This document shows, piece after piece, positions 9,134 through 19,239 of a stretch of DNA of 64,000 nucleotides (the stretch's first letter is position 1; every line of letters begins with the position of its first letter). The stretch covers positions 3,968,001-4,032,000 of the forward strand of contig OY970325.1 in NCBI GenBank assembly GCA_963717145.1, read 5' to 3'. A model generated the notes under the pieces. That model was not told the DNA's origin. It worked only from the letters and a program-made list of their open reading frames with translations, and made no database searches. The DNA is from an uncultured Armatimonadetes bacterium. Lineage in GTDB: Bacteria > Armatimonadota > UBA5829 > DTJY01. Position numbers and translations under genes: made by a program.

Positions 9134-9159
9134 TACGACGTGGCCGTGTCCAGAGTTCC
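9134..9159 (-). promoter_or_regulatory. ECF-type promoter GGAACT-N16-CGTA
   Basis: ggaact ctggacacggccacgt cgta on the minus strand. Confidence 0.55.
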
Positions 9160-9221
9160 GTAATTGTCACACCTTTTTCACAGTATTTCAGGAAGGCGTC
9201 GGAGGTCGCAGGATAGTGTCC

Positions 9222-12200
9222 TCAGAGGGGATAGGTGAAGATGTCCGCTGCCGTTCGAGGAAGGACCACGCGCACGAGTCCGCAGTCCCCAGCGGCCATC
9301 GAGAGCACACCCGTCGCAATGGCGTAGTCGCCTTCCGGAGGAAGCGGGCTCAGAACGGACGAATCCACTCGGATGCCCGGCGTGGACGTGCAGTCGCGCA
9401 GCCCCGAACCATCATCCAGGTAGATGAACCCATCGCCAACGGAGCTTATGCGTCCCCAGACCGTCACCAGAAGACCCGGCGGGCAGCTCGATTCGATATC
9501 CCTGCTGAGAATGGTGACCGGACGCACATTGACGGTCTCGCCGGTCTTCCCGATGTGTTCTCCTGCGAGCGCGCGCTCGGAGAGCACCGTCGTCAGCCGA
9601 CCGCCGACCTGAACCACGTCGCCGACCCCGACGCCAAGGCCCTGAACCTTGATCGCGGACGACCGATCGAGCGCCTCGATGTAGAACCACGACCCGAAGA
9701 CTCCCGTGACCGCGCCTGACACGAGTATGCTTTCCCCGTCGCCCAACGTGCGGGCCACACCGATCGATGGAACCGTCACGAATGCCGGCTCGAATCGGAC
9801 CGAGTCGGCGAGGACGACATATCCCGAATCCGCAACATTGGTGAGCCGGACTGTGATGGTTTCACCCGCGGACAGTTCGCTTACGCCAAGCTGGTTCCAT
9901 TGGCCGCCGTCGATCTGCTGGTTGACGGTCGTGTTGTACTCATTCGGGCCGACGATGATGGAGTATCGGGCGGTCGTTGTACGGTTTGCCCCTGCCGACC
10001 ATCGCGCTTGGATCCTGTAGATGCCTGTCTCCGGTGCCTGCCGAGTCCAGTATGCCTTCGACGTTCCACTCGGACTGGCCATCGCATAGCGGTAGTCCGG
10101 GCCGTATGCGCCCGGAGTGACGTTACCGGTGGACCAGCCTCCCTCGACGCTGAACGCGGCATCGAGGTTGTCGACAATCACGGCATCATCGGCCCTGGTG
10201 ACGATGTAGATCGGCTCCGATTCGGCGCGCTGGCCGAACTCGTCTTCCGATGCGACATCGATCCGATAGACCACGCCGGGCGCGAGGCCCTCGAGCCTGA
10301 TGCGGTGCTGGAGAACTTGCTTGGCGTCGAAGTGGCTCTGGAGACCGTCCGGGCCGACCACCGCATACTCGAGCCTGCTGTCGGCCGGAAGGTTAGTCTT
10401 CCACCCGACATCAGCCGTTGTGGTGGTGACATCTGAGACTCCCGGATCGATTAGCCTCAGCGGACTTCGCAGATACTCCACGCACTGGTTGCCGAACCAG
10501 TCGGTCGCTCCGACTGCAATGGTGAGAGTGTCGGCCGGTTCGAACTGGATCTGCCAACGGTTCGGACCTGAGTGCGTGCAGTCCAGGCGCGAATATGAGC
10601 CGTCCGTGCCGAGTCGGGCCACAAACGGCTGAAGCTGGTAGATCTCCTCGTCGTATGAGAGGGTCACCGTGCGAATGCTCGCATCATCCTCGCTCGTGAC
10701 CTGGAGGTTCGGCGGAGTGACATCCGATCCGTCTCGCCATCGGAGCATGCACTCGCGGCCGGTGAGGTATTCGAACTCGACCATCGGGAGGCTGCCGTGC
10801 AGATCGGTCAGTCTGGCGTGAAGGGCATCGACCTGCTCCGGGAAATCGGTTTCCTTGAGGTGCGAGAAGAGCGTCATGAGCTGCGGTTCGCCGTCGAGCG
10901 CCTTGTAGAACGCATCTGTCAGCACGGCCGTCGTTGCGCTGCTGATAGACTCGCTCCTCGAATCCCACCCGCGGAGCGTCCCGGGCGACTGATAGTCGTT
11001 CGGATCGGGATGGTATGGCGTCCAATCCGACGGCGCACGTCGCCAGTCGTAGATGTTGCCGACAGGCTCCTCGGTCGTCGTGCGGTAGGCTGGCCAGTCG
11101 TTCTCGAACCGGTATGGGATCCAATCGTCCAGGTGGCGCTGCCAGAGGTTGTCCATGTAGTGCCAGCCGCTGCGGAACGATGACGGATAGAACCCCCGGT
11201 CGATCAGCATGTGGGCCATGGTGCAGTCGAAGTCCTCCATGCAGTAGCTGAAGTCGGGCGACTGGTTCCAGTGGAAGGCGCCGTCGGCATTCGGATCGTT
11301 CCAGATCCAGGTGTGGTAGTGGTAGGCCATCTCGTCGCCCCAGCGGTCGATCGAGTCGCCGTGATAGTCCTCCATCAGCTCGAACGGGAGGAGCGGCCCG
11401 GAGTCGGTTCCGGCTGCGTAGAGCGAGCCGGTCTGCATGTACCACGTGAACTTGATCGCGTTCCCGAGGCTGTCGCGGTGGGCGTCGCGGTATGACTCCG
11501 CCATGACGCGCGCGGCCTGGCCCTCGGGCGTCGTATAGGTGTTGTCGAGTTCCGGGAAATCGATGTAGCGGCTGGCGATATTGATCCCGCCGGTCGACGT
11601 GTCGGAGCAGACTTGGACGTATACCTTCGCGGGCGTTGCGTCTCCCGGCCTCGTGAAGACCAGGTCGTCCACGAAGAATGTGCTCGTGTGCGGCATGACG
11701 AAGTTGCCGATGCACGCGTATAACGGCGCGCGGAGGTAGGTCTGGGCGATGCTCGCGTCGGGAGCGGCGTGGCCGTCGAGGTACAGGTTCGTCGTGGAGC
11801 CGTCATAGGTGATTCGGAAGGAGTGCCACGCACCGTAGGACATCGGCTGGACGACGTTCGCGTACTTGCCGGAGACTGAATCGGGGACGTACAACTGCAC
11901 CCGTCCGCCGGGGAGGATGAAGATGATCGCCGCGACACCCGTGGACGAGTTCTGGACCGACCACGGGATCGCCTCGTCTCCCATCGACTCGATGAAGAGG
12001 TTGAAGGTACACGTGAATGTCTGATCCACGGTCCGCACGCCTGAACAGGTGTGGACCGCGCCCATCTCGTTGGCCGACGCGACCTTCAGGCTGTATGCGC
12101 CCGATGTCGAGCGCTCGTCGCTGATGCTGACGGACCCGGGCTGGACGTACGTCCACCTCGGGTCGGCAGTAAGATTGCCGTCGTCGAAGTCGTCGCGCTG

Positions 12201-12272
12201 GACGACGCTGTCGGCCCATGCCGACCCGCACAGGAGTATCAGTAGCAGTAGTATGGCGGCCGATGTCTTCAT
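9222..12272 (-). CDS. Large secreted multidomain protein: ConA/LamG-like, putative deacetylase-like core, FN3-like, golvesin/Xly-CBD-like, shared C-terminal domain
   Basis: Signal MKTSAAILLLLILLCGSAWA; WHSFRITYDG...LYLDG; AYHYH and FRSGW; W.TNLPADS.LEY; VIVDNLD...YGPDYRY...NQQIDGGQWNQLG...VLADSVRF. Confidence 0.8.
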   Translation of the reverse strand: MKTSAAILLLLILLCGSAWADSVVQRDDFDDGNLTADPRWTYVQPGSVSISDERSTSGAYSLKVASANEMGAVHTCSGVRTVDQTFTCTFNLFIESMGDEAIPWSVQNSSTGVAAIIFILPGGRVQLYVPDSVSGKYANVVQPMSYGAWHSFRITYDGSTTNLYLDGHAAPDASIAQTYLRAPLYACIGNFVMPHTSTFFVDDLVFTRPGDATPAKVYVQVCSDTSTGGINIASRYIDFPELDNTYTTPEGQAARVMAESYRDAHRDSLGNAIKFTWYMQTGSLYAAGTDSGPLLPFELMEDYHGDSIDRWGDEMAYHYHTWIWNDPNADGAFHWNQSPDFSYCMEDFDCTMAHMLIDRGFYPSSFRSGWHYMDNLWQRHLDDWIPYRFENDWPAYRTTTEEPVGNIYDWRRAPSDWTPYHPDPNDYQSPGTLRGWDSRSESISSATTAVLTDAFYKALDGEPQLMTLFSHLKETDFPEQVDALHARLTDLHGSLPMVEFEYLTGRECMLRWRDGSDVTPPNLQVTSEDDASIRTVTLSYDEEIYQLQPFVARLGTDGSYSRLDCTHSGPNRWQIQFEPADTLTIAVGATDWFGNQCVEYLRSPLRLIDPGVSDVTTTTADVGWKTNLPADSRLEYAVVGPDGLQSHFDAKQVLQHRIRLEGLAPGVVYRIDVASEDEFGQRAESEPIYIVTRADDAVIVDNLDAAFSVEGGWSTGNVTPGAYGPDYRYAMASPSGTSKAYWTRQAPETGIYRIQARWSAGANRTTTARYSIIVGPNEYNTTVNQQIDGGQWNQLGVSELSAGETITVRLTNVADSGYVVLADSVRFEPAFVTVPSIGVARTLGDGESILVSGAVTGVFGSWFYIEALDRSSAIKVQGLGVGVGDVVQVGGRLTTVLSERALAGEHIGKTGETVNVRPVTILSRDIESSCPPGLLVTVWGRISSVGDGFIYLDDGSGLRDCTSTPGIRVDSSVLSPLPPEGDYAIATGVLSMAAGDCGLVRVVLPRTAADIFTYPL

Positions 12273-12450
12273 GGCCGAATTCGCCTTTCGATCAACTTGG
12301 CTGCCGCGCGATACCATTATACCACATGATCACTTCAGATCGACGTGGCCGATCGAATGAGGCTCGAGACGGAGAGTCTGCTTCCAGGAAGAGGGGACAC
12401 CAGTGCGGCCGCCTTTCGGGAAGTCCGAGGGGTGGAGGTCGATCTTGAGA

Positions 12451-14121
12451 TCAACCGGCTCGGTCGCAGGAGTTCAGGTAGAGAATCCGGTCGGCGAAGA
12501 GAGTTGCGGTCACATTGGGCGTTGGCGTGTCGATGATGTGAGGCATGTCCAGCGTGAGGAGAGCGTCCTGAAGTCCCTTCCGGTCGACCTCGATCACTCG
12601 ATCCTTGAACCGTGCGACGATGCGGTCCCATGCCGAACGGTCACCTTCAACCGTCTCGATGGTGCTCATTCCCTGGTGGAAGAGGACACCTCCGCCCTTG
12701 ATCCACTTCTCCAGTGCCTCCAGAGTCGAGTTCTCCATGATCCGCCCATCACAGATCACGAGGGCCTTATATCGGCTCAGTGCGCCGTCACGGATCATGC
12801 GCTCATCAATGAGATTGTAGTCGAATGATGAGCGGCATGACTCGGCCAAATGATACGTCTTCTGCGGCCAGTCCTCGTTTCGGAGGCGGTGCTCGGTCGT
12901 CGGGAAGAAGAACGCGACATCGACGATCGCCTGATTGCCGTCGAGGTACTTCCCGTACTGGGCGAAGAGGTCCTTCGCGCCGAGGAGATTCTGCGGGTAG
13001 TCGAAGTACGTCTGAGTGCCGCATGAGGCGTCCGACCAGATGCGGTTCACCTCCGCATTGCGGTCCATTCCGCCGGGCGGCTCCGTGAAGTACGGCACGC
13101 TGTAGAAGTGGCATGGACTGGAGAGGCTTTTCATCGCGAAATAGGGGATGTTGCCGGGCGTCTGGCAGGCGACCTTCAGCTCTTTGCAGAGCTTCGCAAT
13201 CCCGACGTCGTCGTTCCCGTAGACGGGGTTCTGCGAGCCGTAACCCATGCTGACGATGATCTCCTTGCCGGGGAAGTACTTGCGCACGATGCCGACCGCC
13301 TTCCGCACGAACTCGGCTTGGCTGTCGTAGTACCAGCCGACGAAATCGAGGATCCATCTGCGCTCGCCCGGCGTCATCTCCGTCGGATCCTTGAGGTTTT
13401 CGCGGGCCTTCGCCATATCCGGAAACTGGATGATCTCGAAGTACGCGAAACTCGTGCCCCATGCCTTATTGAGCGCCTTTATGTCCCCATAGCGCTTTGC
13501 CATCCGAGCCCTGAAGTCTTCCCGTGCATAGTAATCGTTGCACCAGTAGCCGGGGTGGACGTGCTCCTGCTTGACGAGCCAGTTCGTCATGCCGTTCGGG
13601 TAGCCGATCTCGCCGTATTCCGAGGGAGTGGCGAGCCGGATGAAGTCGATCTTATCGCCGAAATGGGCCGCGAGTTCCCGGTAGAAGCGATCGTAGGCAT
13701 TGAGGGTCTGCGGCGCCCAGAGCGACATCTGCTTGACCGGCTGGTTATGCTCGACGCACTTGTAAGGCGTGTATGGAAGCCATTTCGGCGGGAAGTGAAG
13801 CCAGCAGAAGACGTTATACCTGAGGCCGTTCTCGTGCAGGACCCTCTCGTTCTTGTCATAGATGCTCCAGTCCCACTCGTTGCAGTCCTTCTCGACCAGA
13901 CACAAGCCGATGTAGTCGCACACGGCGCTGACTCCGACCCCCTTCATCTGGTCGCAGAACTCAGGCGTGGCGAAGTCGCCGGCGGAGGGTTTGCCGGTCC
14001 CCCAGTACTCCTGGAACTGGCCGACACTGAGGTTGCCGGTATAGAAGCGGATTCCTGCATCGGCGGCAGAGAGCGACGTGAGCAGCATCAGCGGGACCAG
14101 AATCAATGCGGCATGTGACAT
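12451..14121 (-). CDS. Secreted GH42/GH14-like glycoside hydrolase
   Basis: Signal peptide; WDWSIYD, HFPPKW, SLWAP, SEYGEIGYP, YGDIKALNKAWGT; trimerisation-like LSRYKALVI...WIKGGGVL. Confidence 0.75.
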   Translation of the reverse strand: MSHAALILVPLMLLTSLSAADAGIRFYTGNLSVGQFQEYWGTGKPSAGDFATPEFCDQMKGVGVSAVCDYIGLCLVEKDCNEWDWSIYDKNERVLHENGLRYNVFCWLHFPPKWLPYTPYKCVEHNQPVKQMSLWAPQTLNAYDRFYRELAAHFGDKIDFIRLATPSEYGEIGYPNGMTNWLVKQEHVHPGYWCNDYYAREDFRARMAKRYGDIKALNKAWGTSFAYFEIIQFPDMAKARENLKDPTEMTPGERRWILDFVGWYYDSQAEFVRKAVGIVRKYFPGKEIIVSMGYGSQNPVYGNDDVGIAKLCKELKVACQTPGNIPYFAMKSLSSPCHFYSVPYFTEPPGGMDRNAEVNRIWSDASCGTQTYFDYPQNLLGAKDLFAQYGKYLDGNQAIVDVAFFFPTTEHRLRNEDWPQKTYHLAESCRSSFDYNLIDERMIRDGALSRYKALVICDGRIMENSTLEALEKWIKGGGVLFHQGMSTIETVEGDRSAWDRIVARFKDRVIEVDRKGLQDALLTLDMPHIIDTPTPNVTATLFADRILYLNSCDRAG

Positions 14122-14205
14122 GGAGTGCCTCCATCGAGTCAGTCATCAGTATATCAGTTGGCCGGCGGGTTCGAGGTTTCATCCCTGAAATCCGAAAAAA
14201 CCTCT

Positions 14206-14234
14206 GGAACCATCGCCGCGTTCCCGTCGTCAAA
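14206..14234 (+). promoter_or_regulatory. ECF-type promoter GGAACC-N16-CGTCAAA
   Basis: ggaacc atcgccgcgttcccgt cgtcaaa, with no plus-strand gene downstream. Confidence 0.6.
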
Positions 14235-14239
14235 TACGT

Positions 14240-14380
14240 GGGAAAACCGAATAGCGCATGCGTCGGATTACCATACTTGCAGCGGACAATCCATACCAGC
14301 AATCATCTTGTCCCAGCAATCCGACCTCCTTCCGTCTATGCCCCAGTCGCCTCCTCCTTTGCCGGCTGGGGCATTCTTTT
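14240..14380 (+). ncRNA. Candidate sRNA 3 with anti-SD motifs
   Basis: Stem gtcggatt/aatccgac, then CCUCCUUCC, then terminator atgccccagtcg-CCTCCTCCTTTGC-cggctggggcat-tctttt. Confidence 0.55.
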
Positions 14381-14399
14381 GCCTCCTCCCACTGCCCAG

Positions 14400-14520
14400 T
14401 AAGAGTTCACGATTGTTGATAATGCAGCCTGGCGGATGTCATTCTGAACGCAGTGAAGAATCTGGCTTGCGCAGGGGCCAGATTCTTCACTGCGTTCAGA
14501 ATGACATCCGCTATCCAGGA
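14400..14520. repeat. Palindromic repeat family A (tgtcattctga...tcagaatgaca), copy 1
   Basis: gcggatgtcattctgaacgcagtgaagaatc...gattcttcactgcgttcagaatgacatccgc. Flanks are also shared with 24240-24360. Confidence 0.9.
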
Positions 14521-14557
14521 TCGTGAACTCTTGCGCTGCCAACTTTCCTTTGACGCA

Positions 14558-14590
14558 AAGAAGGCGGTCCGCATCGCGGACCGCCTTCTT
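14558..14590. terminator. Terminator-like hairpin after the amidase gene
   Basis: aagaaggcggtccgc-atc-gcggaccgccttctt. Confidence 0.7.
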
Positions 14591-14620
14591 CTTCAGTGCG
14601 TGGTATTCGTGTTATTCGCG

Positions 14621-17600
14621 CTATTCGTGCGGGTAGATCGTCACGTCACTTCCGTTCTGAGGCCGCAGCATCCGTGTGTAGCTCAGATCGACCTTCAGGA
14701 TCGAGCTGATGCCCATGACGACTGCGTAGTCCTGCTCAGTGAACGTCGTGCTCACGCCGGTCCGATCCACTCTGATGCCGACGAAGCCCGAACCGTCCAG
14801 AAGGGATACGCCGTCATCGATGTATGCGAATCCCGACTCCGCGTGAGTGATCTTGCCGGCGATTATCACCAGCATTCCGATGTTGTTGGCGTCAATGCCG
14901 CCATCGACTCCCCGAGTCAGACCGTTGAGCGCTGCTCCGCCGAGTGCGCTCGTCTTGAGCACCGGGATGAACGGCATGGTGGTCGTGCTTCCCGGCCTCA
15001 GTGTGGCATCAGCGATATACCGTTCGCCGTTGGTGTCGGTGCGGATCTTCCCCGCGACCTCAGCCGAGGTACCGCGAACCGGACCGGCTGTGTCCACACG
15101 GATGCCCGACGAGCCGTCGGACTCTTCGATGTAGACCGACGTCCCGAAGTTGGCGGTCACGACCTTGCCCACCAGGCTGACGAGTTGCTCATTGTCGAGC
15201 GTCTTGGCAAGGGAGATCGTGCCGCTCGCGGCCACGACGGTGATGCCATCGGAGTTGCCAGCGTCACCCCACAGGCCGACGTTGTTCTTCGCCATGACCG
15301 AGAAGTAATACGTCGAACCGGCGGAGAGAGTCAGGCCGGTCTTGGTGACGGACGCGTTCGATGTAGTCGTCCAGTCCCAGATGTCGTTGCCGCCGGACGT
15401 TGTGCCGATCGCGTACTTGTACTCCGCGATGCCGGATTCGATATCGGCCGCAGTCCAGGAGGCCGCGAGTTCGGTGGTGGATGGGGTGTAGATGCCCTCA
15501 TCGGTAACCGTCGGCGCTCCCGGCGGAGTGACGTCGTAGTTGTAAGGGCCGAGGTCCAGCGAGCCATTTGCCACGTCCTCAGCGTTGTAGCCCCGAACGT
15601 GCAGATACCATCCGCCGGTACCTGCGCAACTGTGTGTGATTGTGTCTGCAGACCACACGGACTCCGTGCCGGTCCAGGTATGAGTGGGAGACTGGTCCCA
15701 CGCAGTTCGATAGTACTGGATCGTGCCGGCGCCGAACCCGCCGACAGCGGTGAACTCGACGTCCGGATCGGCGGACCAGCTATTCGCGGCCCGGCTTCCG
15801 GTTACATTTCCCGTAGTCGGAAGTGCGGATAGAGTATACTTGCTCACAGTGCCGCTGTACGGACTATCGAGCGACCCGTTCCAGGCAAGGACTTTGCGCG
15901 TATACTGCGTGTTTGGTGTCAGAGCACCTTCTGCCCAGGAAGTTGCGGATCTGTTCTTCCAGCCCGAGGTGGGATACTGCGGGGACTTGATCGTGCCCGA
16001 ACCGTCAGCAACATTGAAGCCAAACACGTTGTTATCGGCTCGCGACCAGTTCCACGTGATCTGGCTGGCAGAGTTCGCAGTCGCGGCCCCGATGGTCGGG
16101 GCGCCGGGGGCCGTGGCCTCCAGCTTGACGTCGTCCCACCTGCGACCGGCGGTCGTGCAGGTCAAGTTCATTCCGATGACAACGCGGCCGGCGCCGTAGG
16201 TGAAGAAGTCAGTGGTCAGGCTAGCCGTCTTCGAGACCGTCCCGCCGCCGTCCGTCGCTTTGTAGGTGACGGTTCCGACCGGCGAAGCGCCCGGGTTGCC
16301 GGGAGTCACCGTGGTTTCATAGGCAATCCACGCGGGACTGCAGTTCGTGGCAGGCCACCGATTGCCGATCGCCGACCAGGCGATAGCACCGCCACCCACA
16401 GTGCGGTAGTTATAGGAAGCGTAACTGGGGGCGGAGTACATGCCATGCTCGAGTATCATGCTTATGCTGCCGTCGAGCGGACGCAAGGCAATCGTCTCGC
16501 GCTGTGATACGCCACATACGCCCGACTTATAGCCGTTCTTCAGATCATAGTAGTAGGCCGAAAGCCTGCATTCCGCGAAGGGCCTGGCGGCCGTAGCGCG
16601 CCACATCTTGCTGACCGCGGTAGTGGATATGTACGCAGAACCTGCGCCGGGAAGGGTTCCCTTATTCTGCGCCGTGTCATAGACGTACCCGGCATCCACC
16701 GTCCAGTTGGCAACGCTGCCGTCGAAACCATCCGCCCAGATCGTCGTATACGCCGCTGCCGTCGTCACAACGGCCGCGGCGCTCCTCGCCGACTCGTTCG
16801 GAATCGCGTCATGCGCAGTGACCTCATACGAGTACGTCGTGGACGACGAGCAGGTGTTGTCGGTGTAACTGGTAGCAGCGGTCGATCCGATATTGACGTT
16901 GTCTCGATAGATCGTGTAGCCGGTCACGCCGTAATAGTCCGTCGAGGCATCCCAGGCGAGCGCAACGGTGTTGAAAGTGACCGCGGTGCTGTGTAGGTTC
17001 CCCGGCACGGTCGGCGCGACCGAGTCGGCAGCCTGTGAAGTCAGGATCGCGGGCACGCTTCTGGCGGACTCGTTCGGCACTATGTCACAGGCAGTGACTT
17101 CGTAAGTGTACGTCGTGCCCGCAGAGCAGGTACTGTCGGTGTAGCTGGTCGTAACGCTCGATCCGATATTGACGTTGTCGCGATAGATGTTGTAGCTCAC
17201 GACGCCGACATTGTCGGTCGAGGCGGTCCATGTCAGGTTCATGCGGTACGAGTAATCCGAGGTACCGGCCAGATCCGTCGGCGCGGTTGGCGCTTCATAG
17301 TCCGGAGTTCCGGTAACCTCGATGTCCTGTGTGACCGTCGCGCCGAACCACGAGAATCCGTCACGGACCATCCGCCAGTCGGTGGTGAATGTCCCGACGG
17401 CGTTGGGCGCCTTCAGATTGAAGGTGTAGGTGTAGGTTGCGTTCGGGTTCACCTCACCTGAGATGGCCTGGCGGGTGGTCGTGGTGAAGGGATCGGTGTC
17501 ATCGACAGCGCCCAGATGGAACCCCTTGGCGTCGTTCCAGAGCACGCCTCGGTTCCTCATCGTGACATGCACTGTCCGGATCTCGCCGACTCCCATGGCA

Positions 17601-18913
17601 GCCGGGACATCATGGCTGACGATTTCGTCCGAGTAGAAGTCCCATGTCGGGGTTGTGCCGAAGTAGTCGCAAACACCCTTGTAGACTCCCCACATAGTTG
17701 CGGAGCGGAAGAAGTTGTCCCGGAGCTTGAGGGCGTCCGTGTCGCATGAGTCGTGGAACGCCAGCTCGATCAAAACGGCCGCGCGGTCCGGGATCCGGAT
17801 CTCGCCGTAAGCTCCACCTGAGTCGAAGACGCCTCGGTCTGACCACCCGGCATCGACGTAGTTGGTTCGGACGGCGTCGACGATACCGGCCTGCACGGCG
17901 TCGCCAAGAGTGTGGCTTACAGCACCCCAGGCGGCGTGCTCCGTGCTGGCATCGTAGTACGTGGCTGTGCCGGTCGGGCAGCTTCCCGTGCAGTCGCCGG
18001 TGTAGCCATTAGTGTGAAGGGAAATATAGATGTCAGAGGCGTCGTAGTCGGATGACAGCGGCCTCGACTGGATCTCGTTGGTGTCGTCACTGCCGCCCGA
18101 TCCGATCGGCGGCGAGGGAGCGTATACGGCTTCGGGATAGCCGATGTTCTGCAGCCAGTAGCACGCGCCCATGCGCCACCACTGTTCGCCGCTGGCCCAC
18201 GGGGACGCGCCCTGGCTCTTGTTCGTGCAGCGCATCGTGTGGACGGTGCAACTGTCCTGCAACAGATAGGCTTCCAGGTACTGGGCATTCTCCAGGTTGT
18301 GGTAATCCTCCTGGTTGAGAGGCGAGCAGTAGACCGGTCTGGCCGTGTTCCAGCTCGTGCCGTTCCAGCGCTTGCCGTGGCCCGGGGAGAGCGTGACCGT
18401 CCTGCCCGAGAGGCTGCTAATGCCGACGACGCGGTCCTTGGCCGCCGCGAGTGCCTGTGCGCTCGGGGCTACGGACGGAGGCGACTGCACAGACTGGGAG
18501 AGCATGCTCCCATCGGCCAGCACTCGCACATCGCCGGTGACCCCGAACTGCCACAGGGTGTCGCGGACCTGTTCGAAGACCTGCTCCAGCCGGGCCTCAT
18601 CGAGTCCCGCGCCGATGACCTGCTTCGACAGGTTGACGACCGTGGTGTCGCCGTCCTGGTGCACTCCGATCACCTTGGTACCCGGGAGCACCGCGGAGAA
18701 GAGCTTCTTCCCGGCGTCAGCCTCGGACGGTGGAGTGGCAAGCAGAGTGAGCGCCGACATGGGGTCATATGCCTGCGGGTGCATATAGCCCGTCGGTGCG
18801 CCCAGTTCGTCGAAGTAGACGACAAGCGCAGCGGATTGCGCCGGGCCAATGAGTGAGAATACCGAGATCATGGCGACAAAGGCCACGATCAGCCAGGAAA
18901 TTCGGCTGTTCAT
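14621..18913 (-). CDS. Secreted GerMN + N-acetylmuramoyl-L-alanine amidase (Amidase_3) + NBR1-Ig-like + FN3 protein with shared C-terminal domain
   Basis: Zn-amidase motifs LSPGHG, ISLHTNG, VLIELAFHD. GerMN-like TVVNLS...EQVRDTLWQFG. FN3 repeats WTASTDNVGVVSYNIYRD and WDASTDYYGVTGYTIYRD. RBS aaggagg. Confidence 0.85.
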   Translation of the reverse strand: MNSRISWLIVAFVAMISVFSLIGPAQSAALVVYFDELGAPTGYMHPQAYDPMSALTLLATPPSEADAGKKLFSAVLPGTKVIGVHQDGDTTVVNLSKQVIGAGLDEARLEQVFEQVRDTLWQFGVTGDVRVLADGSMLSQSVQSPPSVAPSAQALAAAKDRVVGISSLSGRTVTLSPGHGKRWNGTSWNTARPVYCSPLNQEDYHNLENAQYLEAYLLQDSCTVHTMRCTNKSQGASPWASGEQWWRMGACYWLQNIGYPEAVYAPSPPIGSGGSDDTNEIQSRPLSSDYDASDIYISLHTNGYTGDCTGSCPTGTATYYDASTEHAAWGAVSHTLGDAVQAGIVDAVRTNYVDAGWSDRGVFDSGGAYGEIRIPDRAAVLIELAFHDSCDTDALKLRDNFFRSATMWGVYKGVCDYFGTTPTWDFYSDEIVSHDVPAAMGVGEIRTVHVTMRNRGVLWNDAKGFHLGAVDDTDPFTTTTRQAISGEVNPNATYTYTFNLKAPNAVGTFTTDWRMVRDGFSWFGATVTQDIEVTGTPDYEAPTAPTDLAGTSDYSYRMNLTWTASTDNVGVVSYNIYRDNVNIGSSVTTSYTDSTCSAGTTYTYEVTACDIVPNESARSVPAILTSQAADSVAPTVPGNLHSTAVTFNTVALAWDASTDYYGVTGYTIYRDNVNIGSTAATSYTDNTCSSSTTYSYEVTAHDAIPNESARSAAAVVTTAAAYTTIWADGFDGSVANWTVDAGYVYDTAQNKGTLPGAGSAYISTTAVSKMWRATAARPFAECRLSAYYYDLKNGYKSGVCGVSQRETIALRPLDGSISMILEHGMYSAPSYASYNYRTVGGGAIAWSAIGNRWPATNCSPAWIAYETTVTPGNPGASPVGTVTYKATDGGGTVSKTASLTTDFFTYGAGRVVIGMNLTCTTAGRRWDDVKLEATAPGAPTIGAATANSASQITWNWSRADNNVFGFNVADGSGTIKSPQYPTSGWKNRSATSWAEGALTPNTQYTRKVLAWNGSLDSPYSGTVSKYTLSALPTTGNVTGSRAANSWSADPDVEFTAVGGFGAGTIQYYRTAWDQSPTHTWTGTESVWSADTITHSCAGTGGWYLHVRGYNAEDVANGSLDLGPYNYDVTPPGAPTVTDEGIYTPSTTELAASWTAADIESGIAEYKYAIGTTSGGNDIWDWTTTSNASVTKTGLTLSAGSTYYFSVMAKNNVGLWGDAGNSDGITVVAASGTISLAKTLDNEQLVSLVGKVVTANFGTSVYIEESDGSSGIRVDTAGPVRGTSAEVAGKIRTDTNGERYIADATLRPGSTTTMPFIPVLKTSALGGAALNGLTRGVDGGIDANNIGMLVIIAGKITHAESGFAYIDDGVSLLDGSGFVGIRVDRTGVSTTFTEQDYAVVMGISSILKVDLSYTRMLRPQNGSDVTIYPHE

Positions 18914-19053
18914 TCCATACGCCTCCCTTAGATTCGGACAGATGCAAATCCCTGATCGAGCGATTCGTGGTTTGCTGACAAGGCTTGGCAGACTGAACGC
19001 ACGCCGTTCGCAGGGTAATACGGGGTACAGGCCTGATAAGGCATCCTACCGCC

Positions 19054-19082
19054 AGTATAAGTGCGAGTCTGCCGACTGTCAA
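19054..19082 (-). promoter_or_regulatory. Sigma-70 promoter for the amidase gene
   Basis: TTGACA-N17-TATACT on the minus strand, ~135 nt upstream of the ATG. Confidence 0.7.
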
Positions 19083-19239
19083 GGATGTTTGGACAAAACT
19101 GGTATTATTACCAGTTCCCCGAAGCCCTTACCGGCCAATGTGTGTTGTTCCATATCCGAGCGCCATTCTCCAGTACTATTGCGGGGACTTTTCGCGGGAG
19201 GGCATCTTGGCGCGAGCGGCGAATACACAAGGGAAGAGG

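Noticed and set aside
18914-19047. Possible c-di-AMP or other riboswitch in the amidase leader
   Set aside because: I could not see the conserved ydaO motifs; only the promoter is supported.
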